Below are positions 19,599-30,503 of a stretch of 64,000 nucleotides of DNA, in pieces (position 1 is the first letter of the stretch; every line of letters begins with the position of its first letter). Source of the DNA: an uncultured delta proteobacterium (GTDB lineage Bacteria > Myxococcota > Kuafuiibacteriia > Kuafuiibacteriales > Kuafuiibacteriaceae); contig CAWDML010000002.1 in NCBI GenBank assembly GCA_963803435.1, forward strand, positions 160,001-224,000, read 5' to 3'. The position numbers and the translations under genes were made by a program. The notes under the pieces are model-generated. The model saw only the letters and a program-made list of their open reading frames with translations, ran no database searches and was not told where the DNA came from.

Positions 19599-21021
19599 CT
19601 ACTTTTTCATGCGGTCCGTATCGATCAGATCCTGGGCATTCGTGGGGAGGATCTTGATGACGCCGTCCTCGATGATCCCGACGCGTTTCTCACCGGTGCG
19701 CAGCGCAAACACCTCACCCTCCTGGTAGATGTTTCCGAGGCGGACATCGCCGAGGAGCGTGCCGCCGGCGTCGTAGAACCGCAGGCGGCGCGACGGGGGA
19801 TCCAGCATCCACTCCTTCAGGTCGCCCGGGCTCGCCGACTGCGTGTGGAAGCGCTTGGCCTTCAGTCGCCCGAACACGCGCACCAGGTTGTCGACCTTCC
19901 ACACCTGGGCCGGCGCCGCCTGGGGCTTCGTCATCGCCCAGTCGGTGCCGTCCGCGCTCCGCTCCAGCACCACGGTGATCCGGCCCAGATCGAGCTCGAC
20001 CTTGGCCGCGCGCTTGCGATCAAAACGAACGATGGTCCAATCCTTGAGCTCGTCCTTGCTCTTCGCCATCTGGTCCTGGACGAACTCGGGCACCTCCACC
20101 ACGGTCTTCGTCTCCACCACGTGGAGCACCGCGGTGCCCTTCTGATCGCCGGTCTCGAACGTCTTCCCGAATCTCGGCGGTCACGGCCGGCCCCTCCTTC
20201 GGGGTGACCTCGAGACGGAGCGGATGCTCGAGACCGTACTGGGGCGCGTCCTTCTCGCTGTAGTCGTCGGTGAGGAAGCGCCCGATCTTGAGGTGCTGGG
20301 TCAGCGCCACCAGGAAGATCTCGGCGCGCTCCGGATCCGCCGGCTGAACGCCCGTGCCGTCGGGATCCGCGAGCGTGTAGGCGTCCTCGCCGCGCTCGAG
20401 CTGGAAGCCGTCGGGGCCGGTGCGCACCACCCGCTTCACCTCGTCCGTCGCGAACGGGAAGACGCGACGCTCGCGAAAGTCGGAGAGCGGCTTGTCGAAC
20501 GCCCAGTAGAAGTCGAGGCTGGTCAGTCCGGCGGCGCGGTGATCGCCGTCGGTGATCGGATACATCTCCCGCAAGGGGTTCTTCGGTCCGACCAGGAGCA
20601 CGAACCTCCCCTTGGCGGTGTCGAGCGTCAGCCGCGTCCGGGGCTTGTCGAGGTGCCAGTTGCCGAGCAGCTTGGCGTCCGGATTTTCGACGCGCGACTC
20701 GGGCTCGAGCCGCGCGCCCACCATCTGGTTGATCGCGTCCTCGATGGCGCTCGGATCGGCGCGCCACTGGACCGGTTGGGAGATCTGCCAGAGGTGCGCC
20801 TCGTCGAGCGTGAACGTGATGGTGGCGCCGCGGGTCATCAGCTCGCCCGACTTCACGTCGTCGAGGCCGAACTCGGCGGGAAAGACGCGCTCCTTCTCCA
20901 CTTCGTCGTGGCGGCGTCGATTCGGGTCCTTGACGTCGTGGTGGAGCACGTAGACGCCGTAGCCGCCTGCGCCTCCGAAGAGGATCACGGCGGTCAGCAG
21001 CGTCCGGTGGATCCGCCTCAC
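19599..21021 (-). CDS. DUF4340 domain protein (frameshift near 20150)
   Basis: GTG overlapping gldG-like stop; N-terminal TM, repeated W.I..P...AD and YGLxxP motifs. Confidence 0.7.
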
Positions 21022-22626
21022 TTCCTGCGCCTCACGGCCCACATGGAGAAGCCGAAGGCGACGATCAGGAGCGGGAGAAGGTTCACCGAGAAGAAGACCA
21101 CCCCGTAGTACTCCCAATCCGTGATCGTCAGGCGGGACGATCCGCGCTTGCGGGGGCGAATCGTGATCTTCTGCTCGTCGCCCATCGCCCAGTTGACCGC
21201 GTAGACGAAGAACAGCTCGTTGGCGGTCATCTGCGAGTACTTGTTGTTGATGAACTCGCTGTCGCCGACCACGACCATGCGCGCCTCGTTCGCGATCTTC
21301 TGCGGGTTGGCGGCGGTGACCTTGGTGCACGCCACGGCCACCGGCACCGGTCCGGGGATGTCCTTCTCGTCGCGGACCGCCTCGCCGCCGTCGCGGTAGG
21401 AGGTCTCGCCCCAGCTGGTGGGCCCGGTCTGCACCAGCGTGGTCACCGTGAGGTTCGCCAGCCCGACCTTCGGCTGCACGCTGCGCACGTTGTAGAAGAG
21501 CATCGCGCCGCCGGCGAGCTTCTCGGTGATCGGGTGGGCCTCGAACTTCTGGACGATGGGGACCGTCGGCCCGAAGCCGCCTGCGGCGTTCGACGCGGGA
21601 TCGACCACCAGATCGTCGTCGACCAGGACGCCGTATCGGCGCCGAGATCTGCTCCAGTCCCAGATCGACGCTCGGATCGAGCAGGATGACCGCGCGGCCG
21701 CCCTTGTCCAGCCAGACGCGGAGCGACTCCACCTCGTTGGGGAACAGCGTCCGCTTGCCGCCGGCCACGATCACCACCGAGGCATCCTTCGGGATGTTCT
21801 CCTTGTCGAGGAGCGAGAGCGGCTCCACCGCGATCCCCTCGTTCTTGAGGTTGGCCGCGGCGCGCGCATAGCCGTCGTCGCTGGCGTCGTCGAGCTGCGG
21901 CTCCTGGTGACCGGTGAGGAAGTACGCCTTGCGCTGGCCCTTCTCCGCGACCTTGATCAGCGCGTTGGTGATGTCCTCCTCGAGCGGTCCGGCGATCTTC
22001 GTGTACTGCCCGTTCTCCGCCATGAACACGATCGGTGGGCTGCGCGAGTCCATCTCGAACTTCTTGACCAGCGCCGGGTCCGGCGAGTCGGGGTTGATGA
22101 AGTCGAGCTCGAGCCGATCGGTGTGCTCCTTGTAGAGATCGATGGCCAGCCGGAGGGACTCGCGCATCGGGTCGCCGGGACGGAAGAAGCCGTAGACGGT
22201 CACCTTCTGGGAGAGGTCCGCGGCCGTCCCGATCGACTGCTCCTGGAGCGTGAACAGGCCGTCTCGGGTGAGGTCCCACTCCTTCTTGCTCTGCGCCGCG
22301 AAGTAGTTGGCGAGCGCGGCCGCCGCGATCACGCCGACCACGATGAGCGCCTCGAGCACCACGAAGGGCGTCGAGCGTCCGGCCACCGTGCGGCCCATGC
22401 GGCGGAAGTTGGTGGCGAGGTACGCGAGGAGCCCGACGGCCCCGAACACCACGTTCACCAGCGAGAGGGGGAGGACGTCCGGGTCGATCGCGTAGAGGAT
22501 GACGCCGAAGACGATGGCGGTCAGGCCGACCACGCCGAGCACCAGCCCGACCGTCTCGCGGATGGACAGCTCGACCAGCGCGCCCTCTGCGGATCGAACC
22601 TCCTTGGTCGGCTTCTCTACCGCCAT
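21018..22626 (-). CDS. GldG-family ABC transporter auxiliary component (frameshift near 21640)
   Basis: WDLT..FTL, EEDITNAL, YFLTGHQE, GGRAVILLDP, HPIT, RMVVVGDSEF, C-terminal TM with RRRK. Confidence 0.85.
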
Positions 22627-23408
22627 CGATGCGACTCCACGACGCGATAGGTCAGGAACAAGAGCGTGGCGATGGTCGTCCCGAAGTACACCAGGTCCGC
22701 CGCCAGGATCCGCCCCTGGAGCCCGTGTGTCACGTGCCCGATCGGTGTCAGGTACTCGACGACCGCGCGCCAGTCACCGTCGAGACGGCCCGCGATCATC
22801 GGCAGCACGAACCCGAGCAGCAGCACCGCGAAGGTCAGGAGGGCCGCCACGATCTGCGACTCGGTCATCGCCGAGATCAAGAGACCGATCGCGCAGAAGC
22901 ACAGGCCGAGCATCACCATCGCGATGAAGCCCGACCAGACCGGCGCCCACTCCACCGGGCTGCCGCCGGGCGACGTCCCGTACCGGTGGAGGATCATGGG
23001 GAACACCAGCGGGATGCAGTTCATGATCAGGATCATGACGCTCACGCCGAAGAACTTGCCGATCACCATCTCCAGCGAGGTGATCGGCGCCGTCATCAAG
23101 AGCTCGAAGGTCCGGTTCTGCTTCTCTTCGGCGAACAGGCGCATGGTCAGGAACGGGACGAAGAAGAGGAACATCCAGAGGCCGCTCGAGAGCATGGGCG
23201 TGATGATCGCGTCGTTGAAGTTGAGCTGATCGAGGAGCTCGGGGCGCCGCTGATCGATGAACTTGGTGGTGAACTCCTGGTAGCGATTCAGCGCCGAGAT
23301 GAAGAGCAGGCCCATGAGGAACGCAAAGGCGCCGAAGCCGGCGTAGCCGACGACCGTGGTGAAGTAGATCGACAGCTCCTTGCGCGCGATCGTGATGATG
23401 TTTCTCAT
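22617..23408 (-). CDS. ABC transporter permease (GldF-like)
   Basis: IARKEL..YF, PFLTMRLFAEEK..TFELLMTAP..VIGKF, ESQIVAA. Confidence 0.9.
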   Translation of the reverse strand: MRNIITIARKELSIYFTTVVGYAGFGAFAFLMGLLFISALNRYQEFTTKFIDQRRPELLDQLNFNDAIITPMLSSGLWMFLFFVPFLTMRLFAEEKQNRTFELLMTAPITSLEMVIGKFFGVSVMILIMNCIPLVFPMILHRYGTSPGGSPVEWAPVWSGFIAMVMLGLCFCAIGLLISAMTESQIVAALLTFAVLLLGFVLPMIAGRLDGDWRAVVEYLTPIGHVTHGLQGRILAADLVYFGTTIATLLFLTYRVVESHRWR

Positions 23409-24121
23409 GACACCGCCAGCTTCGCGAAGATCTGCTCGAGCGGAGCCTGGTGCTCGTTCTCGAGCTCCTCCAGCGGAGCGTCGGCGACGATCCGACCCTG
23501 CGCGATCATGATGATCCGCTGGCAGGTGGCCTTGACCTCGCTGAGGATATGCGTGGAGAGGATGATGGTGTGCTTTTTCGAGTCGCCGAGCTCCTTGATC
23601 AGCTTGCGGACCTGCTCGATCTGGATCGGATCGAGCCCGACCGTGGGCTCGTCGAGGATCAGGACCTCCGGGGATTTGAGCAGCGCCTGGGCCAGCCCGA
23701 CGCGCTGCCGGTAGCCCTTCGAGACGTTACGGATCAGCCGCCCGAGGATGTGGTCGACGCCGGCGCGGCCGGCGACGCGCTCGATCTCGGGCTTGATCTC
23801 CTGGCCGCTTACGCCCTTGAGCCGGGCCACGAAGGCCAGGTAGCCGCGGACCGTCATGTCTAAATAAACCGGTGGAATCTCAGGTAGATAGCCGATCCTC
23901 CGCTTGACCTCGATCGGGTGCTCGAACACGTCGATCCCGCCGATCTTCACCTCGCCCGCGGTGGCCGGCATGTAGCCGGCGATGATCCGCATCGTCGTGC
24001 TCTTGCCCGCGCCGTTCGGTCCCAGGAAGCCGACGATCTCTCCGCGGTCGACGGTGAAGTGGAGGTTCTCCACCGCCACGTTGTCGCGATAGCGCTTGGT
24101 GAGCCCACGGACCTCGATCAT
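23405..24121 (-). CDS. ABC transporter ATP-binding protein (GldA-like)
   Basis: GPNGAGKST Walker A, SKGYRQRVGLA signature, ILDEPT Walker B. Confidence 0.95.
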   Translation of the reverse strand: MIEVRGLTKRYRDNVAVENLHFTVDRGEIVGFLGPNGAGKSTTMRIIAGYMPATAGEVKIGGIDVFEHPIEVKRRIGYLPEIPPVYLDMTVRGYLAFVARLKGVSGQEIKPEIERVAGRAGVDHILGRLIRNVSKGYRQRVGLAQALLKSPEVLILDEPTVGLDPIQIEQVRKLIKELGDSKKHTIILSTHILSEVKATCQRIIMIAQGRIVADAPLEELENEHQAPLEQIFAKLAVS

Positions 24122-24241
24122 TCCAAGACCGCGAAAGGCATTAAGGTTCACCCAGATTGCTGTCAAGGTGCATGCCGCACCGCGTAAACGGGCGTCGATC
24201 GGAGCCGCGCCATGATCTTGTCGGAGAAGCCGCCATCCATG

Positions 24242-24250
24242 TGCTATACG
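24242..24250 (+). promoter_or_regulatory. extended -10 (TGnTATACG) 7 nt before ATG, probable leaderless promoter
   Basis: TGCTATACG-N7-ATG(24258); a TTGACA on the minus strand at 24161-24166 may serve the divergent ABC operon. Confidence 0.4.
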
Positions 24251-24257
24251 CGCTCGG

Positions 24258-24929
24258 ATGAGCGCTGGGGGGCAGCTCGCACGTCGTCGGATCTGCGTCG
24301 CGCGAAACCATGCGTCCGGCCCGGTCCGGGCCCTGGCCGAGGCACAAGGCCACGAAGTGATCGAGTTCGAGGACGAGGGCCACATCGACCTGATCGTCGT
24401 GGATGGGGACGAGGTCCATCCGCTGCAGGCGAGCATGCGCGGCGTTCCCGTGCTGGTCCTATCCGCACGCCGCCTTCGTGATCCCGAGATCACCGATCTC
24501 AAGCGGGGCGGCGCCACGCGCGTGCTCGACGGAGATGCGAGCCTCCTCGAGCTGGCCTTCGCCTTCTCCGATCTCTTGTTCGACACCCGGCTCGAACAGC
24601 GGCGGTACGCCAAGCGCCTCGGTGGCGTCAGCGTCGAGGTCCTCGCACCCCACGACGGCAAGACGTGTTCGGGAAGCCTCCTCGGTATCGCTCGCTGCGG
24701 CGCGATCCTCCTGACGCGACAGCCGATCTCCGAGGGGACGCGCCTCGAGATGCGCTTCGAGCTGGCGGAGTGCGCGGTAGCGCTGCGCGGCCGTGTCGCT
24801 TATGTCGACGAAGAGAACCAGCACGTCGGCATCGAGTTCGCGCTCGACGAGGCGGTCTCCCCCAAGCTGAGCGAGCTCGCGCAGTCCTCTCGCAGGGTTG
24901 CCCTCGGCCAGGCCCGTATTTCGGTCTGA
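24258..24929 (+). CDS. PilZ-domain protein with degenerate receiver-like N-terminus
   Basis: EQRRYAK (RxxxR-like), [19 protein letters not shown]; N-terminal DLIVVD..PVLVLSA. Confidence 0.7.
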   Translation: MSAGGQLARRRICVARNHASGPVRALAEAQGHEVIEFEDEGHIDLIVVDGDEVHPLQASMRGVPVLVLSARRLRDPEITDLKRGGATRVLDGDASLLELAFAFSDLLFDTRLEQRRYAKRLGGVSVEVLAPHDGKTCSGSLLGIARCGAILLTRQPISEGTRLEMRFELAECAVALRGRVAYVDEENQHVGIEFALDEAVSPKLSELAQSSRRVALGQARISV

Positions 24930-25024
24930 GCCGAGGCAGACCGACACGATCCTCCGAGCGCCGTCAGCCCCATCCACTTGGTACGCGGGTCGCAATCGAA
25001 AGACAGCTGAAAGGAGGTCCCAGC

Positions 25025-25207
25025 ATGTTGCGTTGGGCCATCGGTTTCTTTGTGCTGGCGTTGATCGCGGCGCTCTTCGGATTCGGAGGGATTGCTGCGG
25101 GCGCGGCCGGCATCGCCAAGCTCCTCTTCTGGGGCTTCGTGATTCTGTTTGCAGTCTCGCTCGTTGTGGGTCTGGTGAGCGGCCGGACGCCCCGTGTGCT
25201 TCCCTAG
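25025..25207 (+). CDS. DUF1328 (UPF0391) small membrane protein
   Basis: [32 protein letters not shown]; AGGAGG RBS. Confidence 0.9.
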   Translation: MLRWAIGFFVLALIAALFGFGGIAAGAAGIAKLLFWGFVILFAVSLVVGLVSGRTPRVLP

Positions 25208-25346
25208 CCTTTAGCGCGAGTGGAGCGGGCGGCGTGATCTCCGCGTTCGAGGAAGCGCTCGATCGATCGTATCGGTGCGCTTCCTCGTCCGCGGGCGCGA
25301 TCACCACCGGCTTGTCTTCGAAGGAGCTGCGTGGAAGAACGCAGGC

Positions 25347-26141
25347 ATGCTGCCCTCGACCTCCACGACCTTCCTGGCGGCGGCGCTGCTGCTGCTGCTC
25401 CCCGCCTCCGCGGGCGCCGCGATCAAGACGAAAGAGCTCACCTACAAGCAAGGCGGGACCGAGCTTCAGGGCTTCGTCGCCTGGGACGACGCTGCCAAGG
25501 GCAAGCGTCCCGGCATTCTCGTCGTGCACGAGTGGTGGGGCCACAACGCGCATGCGCGGGCTCAGGCCACCCGTCTGGCGAAGGCCGGCTACGTGGCCCT
25601 GGCGCTCGACATGTATGGCAAGGGCAAGGTCACCCAGCACCCTGACGACGCACAGAAGTTCATGCAGGAGGCCCTGAAGGATCCGGCGGTGATGAAGGCC
25701 CGCTTCGACGCCGCCCTGGCTCTGCTGAAGAAGCAGCCGGAAGTCGACGCCGCCAAGATCGGCGCGGTCGGCTACTGCTTCGGAGGCGGCGTCGTGCTCG
25801 GCATGGCGCGCGCAGGCGAAGACCTGGGCGCTGTGGTCTCGATCCACGGCTCGCTCGCCACCAAGTCGCCGGCCCAGCCGGGCAAGGTGAAGGCGCGGAT
25901 CCTGGTCATCCAGGGTGAGGCGGATCCGATGGTGCCGGCGGCGCAGGTCGAGGCGCTCAAGAAGGAGATGACCGCCGCCCACGCGAAGTTCGAGGTCGTG
26001 ACCTTCCCCGGCGTGAAGCACGGCTTCACGAACCCTGACGCCGACAAGGCGGGTGTGCCCGGGCTCGCCTACGACGCGGACGCCGACAAGAAGTCCTTCG
26101 ACATGATGGTGAAGCTGTTTCGCGAGACGTTCGGAAAGTGA
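25347..26141 (+). CDS. dienelactone hydrolase family protein with signal peptide
   Basis: HEWWG, GYCFGG nucleophile elbow, HGFTNP, YDADAD. Confidence 0.9.
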   Translation: MLPSTSTTFLAAALLLLLPASAGAAIKTKELTYKQGGTELQGFVAWDDAAKGKRPGILVVHEWWGHNAHARAQATRLAKAGYVALALDMYGKGKVTQHPDDAQKFMQEALKDPAVMKARFDAALALLKKQPEVDAAKIGAVGYCFGGGVVLGMARAGEDLGAVVSIHGSLATKSPAQPGKVKARILVIQGEADPMVPAAQVEALKKEMTAAHAKFEVVTFPGVKHGFTNPDADKAGVPGLAYDADADKKSFDMMVKLFRETFGK

Positions 26142-26149
26142 GACGCGCC

Positions 26150-28117
26150 TCAGGGGAGCTCGTGCACCAGCACCGAGAGATCGAGCCTCAGGTTGCTCTC
26201 GACGTCGAACGAGATGTCGGTGTTGCAGATCAGCGCGTTGTCTCCGTCCCGCACCTGCGCCGTGTAGAAACCTGACGCGGTGCCCATCTCCGCGCCGACC
26301 GGTGCGCCCTTGAGGACCTCGGACCACCACATGGGCGGCGCGCCGGTCTTGCGCGCATAGAGTAGATCGATGTTCGTCGGATCCTGATACGCGATCGCGG
26401 GGGCGCCGTTGCGATCGAAGATCAGCGAGGCGTCGGCGCCGACCAGCCGGAGATCCGGCGGCGTGATGCCGTCGTCGACGATCTCGCGCGAGCCGGTGGT
26501 GAGATCGAAGTACACGAGGTCGGCGTTGGTGGCGTCGTAGTAGGCGATGGCGGCGTTGCCTGTGCCGTCGACCGCGATGCTGCAGTGCTGGCCGACGTCG
26601 GTCGGGTTCATCGGATCGTCGCCGTCCACGGTGGCCAGCGTGAAGGTGCCGTCGCCGTTGCCGGTGGCCAGCCGCAGGTCACCCTGGAGCCGATCGTAGT
26701 ACGCGATCAGCGGGCGGCCGGAGCCGTCGAAGGCGAGGTCGGCGAAGAGTCCGGTGCCGGCGATCAGATCGGTCAGCGGCGCCACCTTGTACTCGGGCTC
26801 GCAGCTGGCGGTGCCGGCGACGTCGACGCAGCGCTCGTCCGAGGCGCAGGCGTTTGCGCAGTCTGCCCGCATGGGGAGGCACTCGGGCGCCGCGCCGCCG
26901 GCGTCCACGCACTCCTGGCCGCCGGGGCAGCCGCCCATGCAGATCGGCGGCGGCTTGGGCGCCGTGTCGACGAACCAGATCTCCCAGTCGCTGGCAGTCG
27001 CCGGCTTGGGCGTGAACGCGTGGGCCAGCTTCACGCCGGTGCGCGGCGTCGGATCACCCTCGAGCGTACCGTCGGCCATCATGTACGCGATCCAGGGGCT
27101 GCCGTCGGGTCCCAGGGCGATGCTGGTGTAGAGGCCGACCTGGGACGATTCGTCGACGACCGTCGAGATCCACTCGCCGTCCTCGAAGCGCGCGTACTTG
27201 AGGCGCCCGGCCTCGTGGTCGTAGTACGCGACGTGGAAGACGTCGTGGACGCCGTCGCTGGCGATCGAGCTGTGCTCGCCGACGTTGGGACCGGGCTCGA
27301 CCCGGCCGCCGCGCGGGCCTTCGGGGTTGGCGACGATCGGTCCGGTGGTGGGGAAGCCGTCGACGTACTGGAGATCGAGGCGCGCCCCGTCGTGATCGAA
27401 GATCCCGACCGCGAGGTCGCCGTAGATCGGATCGTACGCGCTCACGAACACCAACGTCGGGCTGGCGGCGATGGCGGCGTAGAAGCCGGGCTCGCCGGGG
27501 AGCACGGGGGGGAGGGTCTCGCAGGCACACTCGACGAGGCAGCACATCCGGCCGGACATCGAGTCCGGATCCGCGACCACCAGCATCTGACCGGGCGCGC
27601 AGGAGAGGGCGCACTCCGACTCCTCGAAGCACGTGTTCGAGTCGACGTCGCAGACCTGACCGGAAGCGCAGCCGCCGTCGCACGGAGCGTAGAGCACGCA
27701 GCGACCGGCAAAGCAGGAGCGACCGCCGTCGCAGTCGGCGTCGCCGGCGCACGTCTGGGTACCGGCGGCGGAGATCGCGTTGCCCTTGTTCGGATAGCCG
27801 CAGTACTGGCCGCCGCGGAAGTCGATGCAGGCCTGCCCGGGGACGTCGAAGCAGTCCTCGTCGGCGGTGCACGACACGTACTGATCGGCGCAGAAACCGG
27901 CCGCGACGTTGCACTTCTGGCCGGGGCAGCAGTCGGCGTCGATCTGGCAGCGGGCCGCCTTGCACTCGCCGCGGCGATACTCGAAGCCGGCCGGGCACTC
28001 GAAGCTCGGCTCGCAGCTCCCCGGAGTGTGGGGGACCAGGATCTCGTCCTCGCAGCTGCAGCGGGTGAGGGCGCCTGCACAGAGCGTCAGGAGCGCGAGT
28101 GTTCGAACGGGTCGCAT
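26150..28117 (-). CDS. Cys-rich lipoprotein with beta-propeller domain
   Basis: MRPVRTLALLTLCAGALTRCSC; many CxxDxDC repeats; repeated VGxxxSIA..P.IAYYD...L.YA blades. Confidence 0.75.
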   Translation of the reverse strand: MRPVRTLALLTLCAGALTRCSCEDEILVPHTPGSCEPSFECPAGFEYRRGECKAARCQIDADCCPGQKCNVAAGFCADQYVSCTADEDCFDVPGQACIDFRGGQYCGYPNKGNAISAAGTQTCAGDADCDGGRSCFAGRCVLYAPCDGGCASGQVCDVDSNTCFEESECALSCAPGQMLVVADPDSMSGRMCCLVECACETLPPVLPGEPGFYAAIAASPTLVFVSAYDPIYGDLAVGIFDHDGARLDLQYVDGFPTTGPIVANPEGPRGGRVEPGPNVGEHSSIASDGVHDVFHVAYYDHEAGRLKYARFEDGEWISTVVDESSQVGLYTSIALGPDGSPWIAYMMADGTLEGDPTPRTGVKLAHAFTPKPATASDWEIWFVDTAPKPPPICMGGCPGGQECVDAGGAAPECLPMRADCANACASDERCVDVAGTASCEPEYKVAPLTDLIAGTGLFADLAFDGSGRPLIAYYDRLQGDLRLATGNGDGTFTLATVDGDDPMNPTDVGQHCSIAVDGTGNAAIAYYDATNADLVYFDLTTGSREIVDDGITPPDLRLVGADASLIFDRNGAPAIAYQDPTNIDLLYARKTGAPPMWWSEVLKGAPVGAEMGTASGFYTAQVRDGDNALICNTDISFDVESNLRLDLSVLVHELP

Positions 28118-28167
28118 GGGAGGCTTACCCAAGGATTTCAGGCCGGTACGACCCCAAAACGCAATCC

Positions 28168-29308
28168 TCACCCTGACCGGACCTGCGCCAGGGTGCCCGG
28201 GAGCACCGCGATCAGGTGATCGATGTCGGCGTCGGTGGTCGCCCACCCGAGCGAGAACCGCACCGCGGAGAGGGCTTCCTCCGGCCGATAGCCCATCGCG
28301 GTGAGCACGTGGGACGGCTCGAGGCTGCCGCTCGAGCAGGCGCTCCCGCTGGAGGCGGCGACGCCGGCCAGGTCGAGGGCCTCGAGCAGGGACTCGTCGG
28401 CCACCCCGTCGAAGACGGCGGTGGTGGTGTTGCCGGCGCGGGTCCGCCCCACGACGTGCGCCCCGGGGAGCGCGGCGAGACAGGCGTCGATCCGGGCCAC
28501 CCGGGCCGCGCTCCGCGCGATCTCTTCGGTGCGCCCGGCGATCGCGCGCTCGAGCGCCGCCGCCATCCCGACGGCGTGGGCGACCGGCTCGGTCCCGGCG
28601 CGACGACCGCGCTCCTGCGGCCCGCCGACGATCGCCGGCGCCATCGGGACGGCCTCGGAGAGCGCGAGCACTCCGATCCCTTTGGGCCCGCCGAGCTTGT
28701 GGCCCGAGAGAGAGATTCAGATCGGCGTCGAGCGGGAGCTCGACCCGCCCGGCGGCCTGCACCGCGTCGACGTGCACGCGCGCGCCCCGTGCGTGCGCCC
28801 GCGCGATCACCTGGTCGATCGGCGTGACCACGCCCGTCTCGTTGTTCACCGCCATGATCGAGACGAGGGCGGTCGGCGTCGCAAGCGCACGCTCCAGGCG
28901 CTCCAGATCGACGATCCCGTCCCGGTCCACCGGGACGCGCTCGACCTCGACACCCCGCGCCGCCAGCGCTTCGGCCGCCGACAGCACCGCCGGGTGCTCG
29001 ACGGCCGACACCACCAGCCGCCGCGTGGTCGTGGCGCGGTGGAGCATCACGCCGAACAGCGCCAGGTTGTCGGCCTCGGTGCCTCCGCTGGTGAACACGA
29101 TCTCGCTCGGCTTCCGCGAGAGCAGCCGCGCGATCGAGGTCCGCGCCGACTCGAGCGCGCGCCGCGCTTGCTGGCCGGCCCAGTGCACCGAGGACGCGTT
29201 CCCGAAGCGTCCCTCCGACGGATCGCCGAACAAGATCGGCGTCATCGCGTCCCGCACCTCGGGTCGAACCGGCGCGGTCGCGTTGTAGTCGAGGTAGACG
29301 CGGGTCAT
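28168..29308 (-). CDS. iscS: cysteine desulfurase (IscS/NifS family), frameshift near 28715
   Basis: YLDYNAT, FTSGGTEADN, NNETG, HVDAVQA, (S)GHKLGGPKG, SSGSACSSG..PSHVL. Confidence 0.85.
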
Positions 29309-30471
29309 TCCGACCCGTTCTTCTTGAACAGCGGGGGCGGCGGATCGTCGGCGGTCGACGAGGCATCCTTGGGGCTGACCAGGCGCTGGAAGTGGCGGAA
29401 GTCCTGGCCGAACGCCTGCACGATCTGGCTGACCAGCCGCCGGCGAAGATCCGCGCGCGCGCGCTGCGACTTGCCCGCCACCGGGATCCGCGCGCCGGCC
29501 ATCGGCCCGTGGCCGCCCGCGGTGCCCAGGCCCGCGCCGCAGACGATCCCGTGCAAGACGCGCCCTGCGTTCTTCTGCTTGGGGAGGCGCGTCCGGAGGG
29601 AGAGGAAGAGGTTCTCCTCGTACCAGCCGACCGCCAGGGCGTGCTTGACGTCCTCGACCTGGAGCAGGCGCTCGGCGACCTCGGCGCACAGGTCGGGCGT
29701 GTAGACCTCACCCAGATCGGAGACGATGAAGTTGCCGTAGATCTTTCCGCGGGTGAGCGCCTTGTTGAAGACCCGGAAATAGTCGAGCGGCACCTGCGGG
29801 TGTTCGATCTCGGACAGCAGCTTGTTGTCGGCCCGCGGCACCAGATAGAGGTACGCCGCCATGTCGGCCGGCGACGCCTCGCGCCCGAGGTTCTGCGTGT
29901 CGGTCTTGACCCCATAGAACAGGGCGGTGGCCACGTCGATGGGCGGCTCCAGACCGGAGGCCATCACCAGCTCGACGACCTTCGTCGAGGTGGCGCCATA
30001 ACCGCCGCCGACGTCGAAGAACGTGGGCTCTCCGCCGGGGAGCTCCCGCCGGAAGTGATGGTCCACCACGATGTCCGGGATCCGATCGGGAGGACAGTTG
30101 TGGTTGCCGGCCTCGGGTTGCGTGTCGAGCAGCGCCACCAGATCGAACTTGTCGAAGTCCTTCGGCGTGGTTCGCCGCAGCGGGATCCTGAGGACGCGGA
30201 TCATCGCCTTGTTCTCGGCCCGTCCGATGACGCCGCCGTATCCGATCTGCGTCTCCAGGCCCTCGAGCTTCTCCAGGAGCCACGCCAGTCCGAGCGCGGA
30301 TGCAATCGTGTCGGGATCGGGGAAGTCGTGCGTCTGCGCGAGGAGCGTCTTTTTTCCACGGGCGAGCGTCCGCAGCCGATCCAGCTTGGGTCGGGCGCGC
30401 TCGACGCATTCTTCCCTCGGGGAGGGGTCCACGGCACCTGGCAGTCTTGGAACTGCCGAGAATCCAGTCAA
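29305..30471 (-). CDS. DHH-family phosphoesterase
   Basis: HDFPDPD, LLDTQP, VDHH, GVKTDT, AGGH; true start probably near 30430. Confidence 0.9.
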   Translation of the reverse strand: MTGFSAVPRLPGAVDPSPREECVERARPKLDRLRTLARGKKTLLAQTHDFPDPDTIASALGLAWLLEKLEGLETQIGYGGVIGRAENKAMIRVLRIPLRRTTPKDFDKFDLVALLDTQPEAGNHNCPPDRIPDIVVDHHFRRELPGGEPTFFDVGGGYGATSTKVVELVMASGLEPPIDVATALFYGVKTDTQNLGREASPADMAAYLYLVPRADNKLLSEIEHPQVPLDYFRVFNKALTRGKIYGNFIVSDLGEVYTPDLCAEVAERLLQVEDVKHALAVGWYEENLFLSLRTRLPKQKNAGRVLHGIVCGAGLGTAGGHGPMAGARIPVAGKSQRARADLRRRLVSQIVQAFGQDFRHFQRLVSPKDASSTADDPPPPLFKKNGSE

Positions 30472-30503
30472 GCACAGGTGGTGGCGATAGGGATGTTCCC
30501 ATT

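Noticed and set aside
20020-22626. GldG-DUF4340 fusion
   Set aside because: Frameshift near 21640; normal GldG C-terminus is in another frame with GTGA overlap.
26150-29689. 1179-aa IscS-Cys-rich fusion
   Set aside because: Frameshift in a GA run near 28715; iscS ends at 28168 and the lipoprotein has its own start.
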